Of a DNA stretch of 64,000 nucleotides, positions 41,201 to 52,305 are shown in pieces. The position numbers were made by a program, and so were the translations under genes. This stretch comes from an uncultured Chloroflexia bacterium. Lineage in GTDB: Bacteria; Chloroflexota; Anaerolineae; CG2-30-64-16. The notes under the pieces are model-generated. The model made no database searches and was not told where the DNA came from. It saw only the letters and a list, made by a program, of their open reading frames with translations. Location: positions 301,844 through 365,843 of the forward strand of contig CAWEMM010000011.1 of NCBI GenBank assembly GCA_963810095.1, in the 5' to 3' direction. How positions within the stretch are numbered: position 1 is the stretch's first letter; each line of letters starts with the position of its first letter.

Positions 41201-42109
41201 TCAGCAACCCACCAACTGCCCGGCCCAGCTGGGTTCATCCTCGGGCGCACCTGAGCCGTCCTGCGCGCCGCGGCTGCCCAGCCATGCCTCCCACTCGGCG
41301 TCGTCGATCGGGAAGGACTGCTCGCAGGCTGGAAAACGCCGCTGCTCGACGTCCTCGCGGTACGCGGGGAGGGCCTGCTCCATCTCGGGGAAGAGATGGG
41401 CATACTGCTTGACAAACTTGGGCGTGAATTTGTCGAAAATGCCGAGCAGGTCGTGGAGCACCAGCACCTGGCCGTCGCACCCGCCCCCTGCGCCGATGCC
41501 AATGGTGGGAATGTGCAGCTTCTTGGAGATGCGGGCCGCGACCCGGTCGGGCGCCATCTCGATCACCACCATCGCCGCGCCCGCCTCCTGCACGGCCAGT
41601 GCATCTTCGAGCAAGCGCTGCGCGTCGTGCGCAGTCTTGCCCTGCACCCGGTAGCCGCCCAGCTTCCCGGCCGACTGGGGGGTCAGGCCAATGTGACCGA
41701 TGACGGTGATGCCGGCATTGCCGATTGCGCGGATGACGGGCGCCATCTCCTGGCCCCCCTCCAGCTTGACCGCGTCCATACCGGCCTCTTTGAGGAAGCG
41801 TCCCGCGTTGCGGACGGCCTCGGCCGTATCGGCCTGGTAGGACATGAAGGGCATATCGCCGATCAGATAGGCGTTCTGCGCGCCGCGGCGCACGGCTTTG
41901 CAGTGATGGAGCATGTCCTCCATCGTCACGGGCACGGTCGAATCATAGCCCAGCACGACCATGCCGAGCGAGTCGCCGACGAGGATGGTGTCGATTCCCG
42001 CGCGGTCTGCGGCGAGCGCGGACGGGTAGTCGTAGGCAGTAACCATGCTGATGGGCAATCCCTGCCGTTTCTTCTCCTGGATCGCCAGGATCGTGACCTT
42101 CTTAGCCAT
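41201..42109 (-). CDS. panB: 3-methyl-2-oxobutanoate hydroxymethyltransferase
   Basis: TAYDY, LVGDSLG, DMPFMSY, VKLEGG, GHIGLTPQS, IGIGAG...DGQVLV. Confidence 0.95.
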   Translation of the reverse strand: MAKKVTILAIQEKKRQGLPISMVTAYDYPSALAADRAGIDTILVGDSLGMVVLGYDSTVPVTMEDMLHHCKAVRRGAQNAYLIGDMPFMSYQADTAEAVRNAGRFLKEAGMDAVKLEGGQEMAPVIRAIGNAGITVIGHIGLTPQSAGKLGGYRVQGKTAHDAQRLLEDALAVQEAGAAMVVIEMAPDRVAARISKKLHIPTIGIGAGGGCDGQVLVLHDLLGIFDKFTPKFVKQYAHLFPEMEQALPAYREDVEQRRFPACEQSFPIDDAEWEAWLGSRGAQDGSGAPEDEPSWAGQLVGC

Positions 42110-42134
42110 ACCTCTCCCCCTGCTCAGACCCACT

Positions 42135-42170
42135 CAAACAGAAAGCCCCACGGCACGCGCCGAGGGGCTG
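42135..42170 (-). terminator. intrinsic terminator (attenuator) in panB leader
   Basis: Minus strand agcccctcggc-gcgt-gccgtggggct followed by ttctgttt, about 25 nt upstream of the panB start. Confidence 0.7.
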
Positions 42171-42219
42171 GATTTCGGTCAGGCAGCGTCCATCACGGGG
42201 ACGCAAACCCCTATTCCGC

Positions 42220-42271
42220 CGTCTCGGTCGCGTCGGGCTGCGGCGAATGCTGCAACCGTTCGATCCAAGCG
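42220..42271 (-). ncRNA. pan RNA motif (cis-regulatory leader)
   Basis: Minus strand CGCUUGGAUCG pairs with CGACCGAGACG, giving a stem with two bulged A, the described hallmark of the pan motif; located in the 5' UTR of panB. Confidence 0.75.
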
Positions 42272-42336
42272 AGCATCATTGTCCTGACGATGTCGCGATT
42301 TATGCTGGCCGCCCGGTGGGGTCGGCTGCCAGAGTG

Positions 42337-42364
42337 AGTATAGCACGGTTCGTAGAGCCGTCAA
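42337..42364 (-). promoter_or_regulatory. sigma70-type promoter for pan operon
   Basis: Minus strand TTGACG-16 bp-TATACT with extended TG. Confidence 0.6.
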
Positions 42365-42455
42365 TTAGCGGGCTTACGATTGTGAGGGGCGAGGCCGGGC
42401 GATTGACGGGCCAGGATGAACATATTCATGAAATCCCTCCTGGCCGGCCTCGGCC

Positions 42456-42961
42456 TTGAATCAGCTTCGACATAAAGACCACGGGCGCGATCCCTGCGAA
42501 ATTCTCGCTCTCCTGGATGGAACTGCCTGCCGCTCTTGCTCCTTGCACGGCACCCCCACCGCGACCCCGAAGAGCATGATCACGGCAACATTCACCCTAC
42601 GACCTGTCGCGATCACGAAGACGCCCACTCCGGCGAACCGGGCCACGGCCGCCTATCTCGCGAGCTACGCGACCGCCATCGCGTTCACACCGGCACGGCC
42701 ACACCGCTGCCAACCTGGGTTTTCATCGCATCCGAGACGCCCACGGCCACGCCGCGTTCCACTGCCACCCCCCAACCCACCTCCACCCCGCTACCACCAC
42801 CCACACGCACTCCAAGCTGGTCGCCCAATGGCACAGAGATCGTCTTCCTGTCGAACCGGACGGGCCGCCAGCAGATCTGGATCATGAATGCGGACGGCTC
42901 GGGGCAGCGGCAATTGACCGACGGCACGTTCGAGGCTTGGGACCCGGTGTGGGTGAAGTAG
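42456..42961 (+). pseudogene. remnant of Thr/Pro-rich TolB-like (PD40) protein
   Basis: PT linker followed by a single PD40 unit PSWSPNGTEIVFLSNRTG...WDPVWVK; no signal peptide or clear start; frameshift near 42695. Confidence 0.55.
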
Positions 42962-43055
42962 ACCAAGAAAAGTATCGGGCCGGCGCTTCCGCGCCGGCCC
43001 CGCTCGAACCCCCAGCCTCGTCAATTAGCGCCCGGGGGTGAATCTTGCGTTGTAC

Positions 43056-43097
43056 CAGGCTGAGGGGCGGGACGCGGGCGTCCCGCCCCTCAGCCTG
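43056..43097. terminator. long GC hairpin between convergent genes
   Basis: caggctgaggggcgggacgc / gcgtcccgcccctcagcctg inverted repeat just downstream of the 43107 stop. Confidence 0.65.
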
Positions 43098-43106
43098 TTC
43101 CGCAGG

Positions 43107-46100
43107 TCAGGGCGCCCAGGGCGAGGAGGCCACGGCGTAGTTGCCGCCCATGAGCGAGAGGTCGAGGATGTTGACGGACCCGTCGCCGTTCACGTCGCTC
43201 GAGCCCGTACCGTTGCACACTCCCGGCGCCTGGCCGTAGGCGGAGCCGATGCAGGAGGCGTCCAGCACGTCGATCAGATTGTCGTCGGTCGCGTCGCCGC
43301 CCAGCAGGACCACGGTGCCCAGCGCCGTCGTCGGCCGCGTGGTGAGCGTCTGGCTGTCGGCATAGCTGCTCGCAGCCACGGCGGTGGTCGGCAGATACAA
43401 CGGACGGTCGACGAGCAGCCAGTAGGTGCTGCCCACCGTCAGCAGGTTGGGTGCAATGTAGGCCGTCGTGTAGGCGCCGCCCGCCGCGCTGGCCGCACCG
43501 GCGTACTGGGTCGCGCCGGCCTTGAGCTCCTGGTCGAACACCTGCACGGCCGCGCCGCTTTCGTTCGTCCGCCCCTGCAGGTCGATGAAGCCGGTGAACT
43601 GCGCGATGCCGGTGATCTTGACCGCGCCGTCGTCCGTGTCGGTGATGTCACGGCCGGGGGTCGAGGGCGCGCCGTAGCCCGCATTGTTCACGTAGATCTT
43701 CGCGCCGCCCACCGCCGCCCCGCTGGTGTCGGCCGGCAGGGCCGAGATATCCAGGTAGGTCGTCCACGGGCCGGCGCCGCTGCCGGGCAGGGCCGTGAAG
43801 TTGAAGGTCGCCACCGTGGCGCCGACTACGTCCTGCTGGGCAGCAGGCGCCAGCAGTTGGCAGCGGTAGCTCATCACGCCTGCCGCGACCGACAGCGCCG
43901 TGCAGTGGCCGTCCCAAGGTGCGACAAACGTCGTGCTGTTCAGCGTCAGGTACGCCGGATCGTATGTAACTTTGAAGGTCAGGCCGTACAGCTTGGCCGC
44001 ATCCACCTTCAGCTTCGCGTCGAAGCTCTGGCTTTGCAGGATGGTGCGCGTCGCGGCCAGCGTGTCGGGGACCATGTCCATGAACGGCTCGACGAAGGTG
44101 AAATTCGACGCATCCACCGAGCCTGCGACGCCGTCGCCCTGCGGCCCCGTCGGCCCGGCCAGGTCGCCCCACGAGTTGTACTGCGCGTTCAGGTTCGTGT
44201 TGGGCCCCGCGTTGTTCACGCCGGCGCCGCCGTTGGCCTTGAACAGGTTGCCGTCGATGTTGATCACGCCGCCGATGCCTGCCCCAGCATCCACGTGCAA
44301 CCCGTCGCGGCTGTTGTCGTGGATGTAGTTGCCGAACACCTTCAGCGACACGACGCTGCCGGCCAGCTCCAGGCCGTCCTGCCAGCCCATGACCGAGGTA
44401 TCGCGCAGCGTGAAGTTGTCCGCGCCTGCATTGACCAGCACGGCCGGGTCCGCCGTACCGCCGCCGTTCAGCGTGCCGGGTCCCTGGAGCACCACGTCGT
44501 CGGCATTGATCGTGAACGCCGGCGAGCCGTGGCCCACGGTCGCGTTGTTGAGGTAGATGGTCACGCCGTTCTTGGTGACGATGTTGCCGCCCGCATACGT
44601 GCCCTCGGCAACGTTGACCGTGCCGCCCTCGAGCACTGCGTCGAGCGCCGCCTGCAGCGTGGCGAACGCGTTGACGCCGAAGAACTTGCCCGGCGCCACC
44701 TCAGCACCCGCCGCGGAGCCGGTCCAGGTAGCATTGACGTAGACGTCGGACGGCACGACGAGCGTAAAGTTGGCGTTCGAGACGTCGAAGAAGATGTTGC
44801 CCAACGCCTCGATCTTGACGCGCGCCTGGGTCGTATTGACGCTGGGCAGCGTCACAGCCTCGGAGCCGTCATTCGCGGTGCTCGCAGCCAGGACGTAGGG
44901 GTACGTCTGCCCGCCGTCGGTCGACAGGGAGATCTTGACGTTGCTGGCGCCGACCGGCGCGACGTCTGTGCCTGCGGGGTTCCAGGTCACTGTCAGCACG
45001 GAGGGAGCGGCGTAGGGCCCGGCCACGTTGGGCGCAGTCACGAGGAACGGCCCCGTCCCCGCAGCCAGCAGCAGCGTCGTGTCTGCGTAGTTGCTGCCGC
45101 CGTTGCCATCGCGCGCAGTGAAGCGCATGTGGAGCGCAAGCGGGCTGGCGTTGACGCCCGAGAAACCGACGTAGGCCGAGGTGGGCAGGAATTCCGCGTA
45201 GCACTCCCGCACCGGGTAGTCGGCGTAGGGGGCGATGGGCCCTTGCCGGCACGCGCCGGTGTCGGCGTTGGTGTTGTTGTCCAGGATTTGCTGCAGGTCC
45301 GGGAACACCCGGGTCGGGTTCGTGGTCAGGTGGTTCTGGCCGGGCGAGTTGTACTGCAACGAATCGGCCGTGCTGATGATGCCCGACTTCGGGAACATGG
45401 CGAACAACGGGCCGTCGGTCTTCGTGTTGTTCAAGAGCGACGTGCCGGCGCTGCCGCCCCGGTCGTTCTGCTCCCACGAGTAGATCAACGGGTCGTTCTC
45501 GGCATCCGTGGCGCTGCCGGTCAGGCTGAAGGGCGTGCGCAGCGGGATGGTGTACTGGGCGGGTGCGGTGACCACAGGCGCCGTGTTGCCCGTGGACGTT
45601 ACCGTGAGCGGGCCGCCTGTATTGTCGACCGCGCCGCCCTTGTCGGTCTCGCCGACCCAGCCGGACGTGCCCGCGCTGAAGTCTTGCAGCGCAAGCATCA
45701 CCGGCACATCGGTCGAGGCCAGCGTTCCGCTGAATGTCACCTGGAAGCCGTTGCCGTTGAACGTGCCGCCCCCGAAGCCGCTAACCGTCACGGTCGCGCC
45801 AGAGGGCAGAAGGCCTGCGGCGCCCTTCAACGCTTCCACAGAGGTGCCAGAGCAGCCGGACGCGTTGGTCACGTCGGCCTGGCTCACATCCATGTTCAGG
45901 AGGGTCCCGCCGAAGCTCAACGTGTAACCCGTGTCGGCAAGCGCGTCCACCGTGACCGTACCACCTGTCGGCCAGCCGGCGACGGCCAGTCGTGCCCTTG
46001 ACGTTCTCGCGACTGGTCGCGGTGCAAGGCGTGCCGGCCGAAGCGCACGTGCCGAACACGATCCCGATCGGCGCCATGTCGACGTTCGCAGTCGCAGCGC

Positions 46101-49081
46101 CAAACGTGACCGTGAAGCCGCTGTTGCCCGCACCTGACACGGTGACTGTGCCGGGGAATCCGGCGATGGCGTTGATTGCGGCAGCAACGTTGGCGTTGCT
46201 GATGGCCGTTCCGCCGTTGCCAAGCACGGCTGAGAGGTTGCCGCCGATCTGAACCCGGAACGAATTGCCGGCGGTGCTGGCATTGAAGTTGGCGAGGGTG
46301 ATTGCCTGCTGTTCGTTCCCACCCTGCATCGCCGCCTTGATGCCTGCGCTGGTATAGTTCTGGCCGCGTGGTGATCAGCTACGGAATCGGCGCCGTCGTA
46401 GTTCAGCGTGTAGACGTCGCCGTTCGTGTCGAAACCGGTCAGGGACACGGTTTGCAGTTCGCTACCTTGCAGCACCGCTTGGATCCACACAGGCGAATAG
46501 CTGCTACCATTCGTGAACAGGGGCGAGACGTTGCCGTTATAGTCTAGCTTGAACGAGTCGAACCGCCGCCGTGTGTCGTTTCCTCGACCGAGGCGAAGCA
46601 GCCGCCGCAGCTCAGGTTGACCAGCTCGATGTTCGGCACGTCGGTGTTGGCCGATGCGCCGCCGTACGTGACCGCGAAGCCGGTCGAAGCTGCGCTGCCC
46701 ACGGTAACGGAGCCTGCAAAGCCCGCGATTGCGTTGATGGCATTCTGGATGTTGGTCGCGCTGATACGCCAGACCGCTCCCGCCGATCACGGCCGAGTCG
46801 TTGCCGCCAATGCGCACCTGGAACGGCACGTAGTAAGTCGCGGTGCCGCCGCCCGACGCAGCCAGGCCCGACGAGGCGGCCGTGTATTGGAAGCTGCGAG
46901 CCGTGGGAACGGCGGTGATGGCGAACGTGCCGTTATAGCCGGCGACGCCCACACTCGCGATCGTCACGACGTCGCCCACGGCGCGGCCATGCGGCGCGGC
47001 GGTGCTGATCGTCACAGTCGTGCCCGACTCGGTCGCACCGGGCACGGCCAGGGTCACTGTGCCGCCGCCCGAGCGGGCCAGGCCCGCAGTGGGATTGGTG
47101 AACGTGAAGGAGCGCGAGGTCGGTATGGTGTCGACCGTCCACGTGCCGTTGTAGCCCGCCACGCCCACGCCGGCGATCGTCACGACGTCGCCCGGCTGAA
47201 GCGTGTGCGCGGCTGAGACGGCGATGGTGACGACGTTGCCGTCCTCCGTCGCGCCGCCCACCGAGGCCGCGCTGGGGGCCGCGTTGATGGTCAGGCTGAG
47301 CGGCTGGACCGTGGCCGCCTGCGAGTAGCCGGGTCCGAACGTAACCGTCTGCACCTCGTTGCCGCCGCCGAAGCGGCGCAGCGAAACGGTCTGCACCTCG
47401 TTGATCGCGGATTGCGAGCTGGCCGTGTAACTGGAGATCTCCTGCTGGCTGCGCTGCGAGAAGTACGGATCGCTGTGCGCCTGCAGGTCGTCGGTGAGGC
47501 AGATGCCCGCATACGCCATCACCGAGGAGCCGCTGCCCGGTTCGACAGAGTTGGCTGCGCTGCGGTTGCCACCCGAACAGTTGAGTTGGTTGCCGTTGAA
47601 GGGGTGATTGCCGCTGAACTGGTGGCCCATCTCGTGCGCCACGTAGTCTACGGCGTAGTAATCGCCGTTAGGCGTGGGAATGCCAGTGCACCCGCCCGCC
47701 TTGTTCGACCGGCCCACGACGCCCAGATTTGCCACACCGCCGCCCGGCTGGCCCAGCCCCAGGTGCCCAATGTCATAGTTCGACGCGCCGATGATCTGCC
47801 CGATGACGTAGCGGGCGCGGGACGTGCTCGAGCAGCCTGTCACTTGCGACTGCGTGAAGCAGGCCGCCGCTCCGCACGGCCCGTTCGGGCCGGTCGCCTG
47901 CCCCCAGGTGTCAAGGTTGAGCAGATCGTTGTTCGCCACCAGCACCATGCGGATCGACATATCGTCCTCATAGAGCTGATTCACACGGTTAATTAACGTC
48001 ACCTTCGCCGGAGTCACGTTCGCCGAGCCGCCCCAGTACGTCGCGTAGCCGGGATCGGTAATGAGGGCGAGACGGTAGACGCGCAGGACGTCACCGGTCG
48101 CCACGTAGATCGCGGACGGCGCGGCCGCCGGGCCGACCTGGTAACTGCTGTATGCGACTGCGGAACCATCCGTGGCCGTCACCAGGTGGGTGTCGGCGTC
48201 GCCGTTCGGGTCGGCCACGAACTCGGCGGTGAACATGCCCAACTCGTCGGCCGTCGCGATAACCTCGCGCTTGGTGAAGTTCTCTTCGGGGTCCGAGATC
48301 GTGATCGTCACGGTCGAGTTGGCCGCAAAGCCGCTGCCACTCAGGGTGACGGCCGCGTCCGGGTGCTTTTCGCGCTGATCCAAAGTCAGGTCAGCCGCAT
48401 CCGCGTCGCGTTCGACCCAGCTATCGTCGGCATCGCGCGGGAGGTCGCTGCCGAAGTAGCTGGCGTAGACGCTCTGATCGAGATGGTAGTACGGCTCGAG
48501 ATACCATGCGCCGCCGGGCGAACGCACCGAGGCGTGGAAGCCGAGCGGGGTGAGGTCGAAGCGGATGGTGGCGGCGGGATCGTCGATGCCGCGGCCCCGG
48601 TACGTCTTGATGTCCGGATGCTTCTCGGCCAGGCCCGGCTCCATGATTGGCGCTTCCTGCACCGCAAAGCTCACGAACTGGCCGCAGGGGTCGGGCAGCG
48701 CGAGGGTGAGCGCGCTCGAAGAGGCAAGCGCGTCGGCCGAACGACCGCGGCTCGCCTCCCGCGGGGCGGTCGCAAGCAAGGCGGCCATACCCTCACGGTC
48801 CAGCGTGTACGCGCCGAAGAAGACGGGATCGACTGCCAGCTGGCTGGCCTGCACGCCGCGCTGCGCCTTCCCGCTCGCGGGCTGCCACAAGCTGCTGCCG
48901 GCGGCGCACGCGCCATCGAGTCCGGCACGCTGGCGCACGCCGGGTTCTGCCTGGCATCCGCGGCCGGCGCAGAAACTGCCACCGGCGCGGCTCGCGCCAC
49001 GGTCGCAGCCGGCGCCAGAAGCGCCGCGACGACCGCAAGCATGACCAAAGCAGAGAACAAGGGCGGGTGGGAATGCTTCAT
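43107..49081 (-). CDS. secreted M12B (reprolysin-like) zinc metalloprotease with C-terminal beta-helix, cohesin, X and dockerin modules (~2000 aa, several frameshifts)
   Basis: Signal peptide in ORF 48671..49081; HEMGHQFSGNH zinc motif and SVMAYAG Met-turn; cohesin-like LYGLTFKVTYDP; two EF-hand dockerin repeats GDATDDNLIDVLD and DVNGDGSVNILD. Confidence 0.85.
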
Positions 49082-49613
49082 CAGGTTCTCCTATCGATGT
49101 AGATGGTATAGAAAGCACAGGTCCTAACGAAGATGGGACGGGCCAAGCGTCGCGCCAACGCTGCCGGGTGCGCAGCGATAGCTGGCGCGCCGCGGCATAT
49201 TCAGCTTTGGTCAGGTTTCCAGGACCCCGCCCTTACCGGTGCATGCGAGGGGCTTGGCCGTAGTGCAATAGAAGGACTAGCGAGCAGTCGGTGCTTCGGG
49301 CTTCGAGACGGCGAAGCCGGCGCACTGAAAGAGGACGCTGGCAAACGCACAGGGTCATGATATTAGCAGACCGTGACCGATCAGCGTTGATAAGCGTCTC
49401 ATTTCATCCCTCGTTGTCAAACAGCGCGGGGTGAATGTCAAAACACGAAAGAGAACCGGAGTGCTACGCCGGGTATCAAGCTGGTAGATCTGGAGGAGTG
49501 TTTGGGCTTGTTGGCACAGGCCCAAGCAGGATTGGAGTATAGGACGGATGGCGTGCCCTGTCAAACTGGGGCGACCAGCGAGGGGTTGCTCCGGTGAGCC
49601 CGTGCCCGACGGC

Positions 49614-50543
49614 CTACTGGCGTGAGACACGCGTCAAGGGCTTGAACCCCTCGCCCAGCACCGAGTGGTTCGGGCTGATGACGACGAAGGCTTCGGGATC
49701 GGCCTGGCGGACCAGTTCCTGCAGCCGGGGTGTCTGCCGGTTGTTGATCGCGGTGAAGATCAGCGTGCGCTCGGAGCCGGTGTAGCCGCCTTCGCCCCGC
49801 AGGATGGTCACGCCCCGATCCAGTTCGGCCATGATGCCGTCGCGCACCAGGTCGGGCTGCTTGGTAATGATGAACGCGCTGCTGCCCGATTCGAACCCAT
49901 TTTCGACCGCATCGATGACCCGCGCCATGACCCAGGCGGCAATCAGCGCGTAGAGCGCGGGGGCAAGGCCGAAGAAGAACGCCGCCAGCAAGAGGATCAC
50001 GGCGTCCATGAGCAGCAGCGAGGTGGACATGCGTACGCCGCGGAAGTATTCGAGCAGCTTGGCAGGGATCTCGGTGCCGCCGCCTGTGGCACCCGCCCGA
50101 AAGATGAGCGCCATGCCGAAGCCGTAGAGCAGGCCACCGTAGGCCGTGTACAGCAGCGGTTCGCCGCGCACGACGGGCAGGTACGGCCGGAGCAGGTCGA
50201 TGAGCAGGGCCGACAGGACGACCGTGAAGATGGTCTTGGGGCCGAACTGCAGGCCCAGGTAGCGCATGCCGATCAGCAGGAACGGCAGGTTGAGCGCGAT
50301 CAGGGTGACGCCGATCGGCCAGCCCCACAGCCGGTTGGCGAACTGCGCGAGCGCGGTGAAGCCGCCGGGCACGACGTTGTTCGGGTCGAGGAAGATGTCG
50401 ATCGCGAGCGCGAGGCAGATGCAGCCAACGACGATGAAGGCCAGGTCGAAGAAGGCGCCGCCCGTAATGGTGGCGCCGTTGGGAAAGCGGACGAGCACGC
50501 GGCGGCGAAACCGCCGAAGCGGCGCGGGTAGGATCAGGGTCAT
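49614..50543 (-). CDS. YitT-family membrane protein
   Basis: VVPGGFTALA, LNLPF, GATGGGTEI, LDRGVT...GEGGYTG, DPEAFV...VLGEGF. Confidence 0.88.
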   Translation of the reverse strand: MTLILPAPLRRFRRRVLVRFPNGATITGGAFFDLAFIVVGCICLALAIDIFLDPNNVVPGGFTALAQFANRLWGWPIGVTLIALNLPFLLIGMRYLGLQFGPKTIFTVVLSALLIDLLRPYLPVVRGEPLLYTAYGGLLYGFGMALIFRAGATGGGTEIPAKLLEYFRGVRMSTSLLLMDAVILLLAAFFFGLAPALYALIAAWVMARVIDAVENGFESGSSAFIITKQPDLVRDGIMAELDRGVTILRGEGGYTGSERTLIFTAINNRQTPRLQELVRQADPEAFVVISPNHSVLGEGFKPLTRVSRQ

Positions 50544-50572
50544 GAGAGCACTGCCGTAAGCGAGAATTGCGA

Positions 50573-50608
50573 CAAAACGCCCCTCACTGGGTGAGGGGCG
50601 TCATTTTG
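50573..50608 (-). terminator. terminator-like hairpin after the cohesin gene array / in yitT leader
   Basis: acgcccctcac/gtgaggggcgt stem with T-runs on both strands. Confidence 0.65.
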
Positions 50609-50611
50609 TGC

Positions 50612-50640
50612 ATTATAGCACGGGGGCGTCGCGAGACCAA
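50612..50640 (-). promoter_or_regulatory. putative promoter for the YitT-family gene
   Basis: Minus strand TTGGTC-17 bp-TATAAT with extended TG. Confidence 0.5.
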
Positions 50641-50659
50641 AGCTCACTCTGGTGTCGCC

Positions 50660-51663
50660 TCAGATCCTTCGACGACGGGTGTACAGCGCTAACATGGCCA
50701 ACACAGGGACGATTGCCCAGGCAGAGGGCATGATTGTGGGTTGCGCTGCAAAGTGCGTCAGGCCCGCGGCGGTGGGGCCGGCAGTATGCACCAGGAAGGG
50801 GTCATGCCGGACTGCGCCCCCGTGCGTCAGCCGCTCTTCCAGCGCATACCAGTAGTCGCCGCCCCTCTCGACGCCGGGGTCAAGCCAGGCGTAAGAGGCG
50901 CCGTCCGCGCTGCCCGGGTTGTGCGCCGGGATAAGCGTGGCGTTGACTTTATGCCAGTCCCCCGCCCCCCGCCCGGCCCGGAAGACGTCAAAGCCCAACA
51001 CGTCAACCTCGGCGGTCGTGGTCCAAGTCAGCACGACGCCCCCGCCCTCGTAGCGCCCCGCCTGCCCTTCCAGCGAGACCGCGAGCGGCGTCTGGAACTC
51101 GATGCGGCAACTCTGGGTCGTCGATGCAATCTCGTTGGCGTCCGTATCGCCCGCCTTGTGGTAGCGGAAGTTCATGGTGAAGACGCCGAAGGTCTGGGGG
51201 GCCAAGGTGACACGGGCGAACGATCCGGCCGGATTGCTCGCCGGGACCGGCGGCTGGGGTAGAGCTGCGTGGCCGCAAAGCCGATGACGCCCGCGCTGGC
51301 ACACAGGCCGGAGCTTGCAGCATTGCAGGCATAATTCCGCGCCACGAACCCTGGCACGAACCAGCCGTACAAGGGCTGAATCTGCACGCCTGGCGCCGGG
51401 CCCGTGTCGACCACCTGTGCAATGGCAGGGTCAAACGTGAGTTCGACGTCGAGACCGTAAAGATTCTCGGCGTTCTCCGCGTAGAGGTCAATCACCGCGT
51501 CCGTGGTGGTGTAACCCAGATACGACGCCGGCTCACAACGAAAGAGGACAGGCGCACTGGGCGCGGCCGCCGCAGTCCCGGGGTTGAATGTCACGAGAAC
51601 CGCAAGCAGTGCGCACGCGACGAGCGCCGCCCTGGGTTGGAGTTGAGATCGAGTCACGCGCAC
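50660..51663 (-). CDS. cohesin protein A: signal peptide, cohesin, Fn3/Ig-like domain, C-terminal membrane anchor (frameshift near 51255)
   Basis: LYGLDVELTFDPAIAQVVD...PGVQIQP; PLAVSL...LTWTT..E...GFDVFR; tail PTAAGLTHFAA-hydrophobic-RRRRI. Confidence 0.8.
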
Positions 51664-51712
51664 CTCCCGTCTCCAGGCTCCCCCCGAGCCTACTCGTCAG
51701 ATGGCGGCACCG

Positions 51713-52303
51713 CTACCGCTGCACCAACGGCAGCATCAGGCGGAACGCGGGGCCCGTCCCGCCTACCTTGACCGTGCCGTCCTGGTGCATTGTGGGGATC
51801 TCGATGCCGTCACGGTCCGCAGTCTTCTGATATTCAATGGCCAGCGGACTCACGCCCGCCTTCAGGGCCTTGAACGTTACCTGCGCAAGTGGCCCTGAGC
51901 CGGTTTTCGGCTCGGCGGGGTTAAGCTGAGTGAAAGCGTACCACACGAGCCCGCTGGTCTTGCAGTTCTCACGGGCGGGATCCGCGGCATTGAACGCCTC
52001 CTGCTTGATCACGAAACCCGGCTGCATAAAGGAAGCGAGCGGTTGAATCTGGACGCCCGGGCGCGCCGTGTTGGCATCCTGCACCTGCAAAAGGGCCGGA
52101 TCGAAACACATTCGAATATCGGCGCCATAAGCATTCGTAACGTCCTGCAGATACAGGTCCACCGTGAAAGTGCTGCCAGGCAGGACCGTACTCGACAAGG
52201 GATCGGGACGGGCGATCGCGGGACCTGCGGCGGCCGCAGCTCCCACGCCGAGCAGCAGGGCCAGGGCGAACGCCAACGTGGCAAACGAAAGACCTCTTCG
52301 CAT
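51713..52303 (-). CDS. cohesin protein B: signal peptide, cohesin, C-terminal LPLV motif
   Basis: AYGADIRMCFDPALLQVQD...PGVQIQP...TQLNP...GSGPLAQVTF; ends FRLMLPLVQR. Confidence 0.85.
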   Translation of the reverse strand: MRRGLSFATLAFALALLLGVGAAAAAGPAIARPDPLSSTVLPGSTFTVDLYLQDVTNAYGADIRMCFDPALLQVQDANTARPGVQIQPLASFMQPGFVIKQEAFNAADPARENCKTSGLVWYAFTQLNPAEPKTGSGPLAQVTFKALKAGVSPLAIEYQKTADRDGIEIPTMHQDGTVKVGGTGPAFRLMLPLVQR

Positions 52304-52305
52304 GA

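Noticed and set aside
43038-46001. 987-aa plus-strand ORF and other long antisense ORFs
   Set aside because: These are shadow ORFs of GC-rich genes on the opposite strand, Arg/Gly/Val-rich with no motifs.
48900-49118. N-terminus of the 2003-aa ORF as listed
   Set aside because: The real signal peptide is in another frame starting at 49081; the listed ORF also has two out-of-frame internal stretches from compensating indels.
49120-49560. Riboswitch (e.g. c-di-GMP) in the long leaders of the surface genes, also 34400-34900
   Set aside because: No recognisable consensus by eye; an Rfam scan would be needed.
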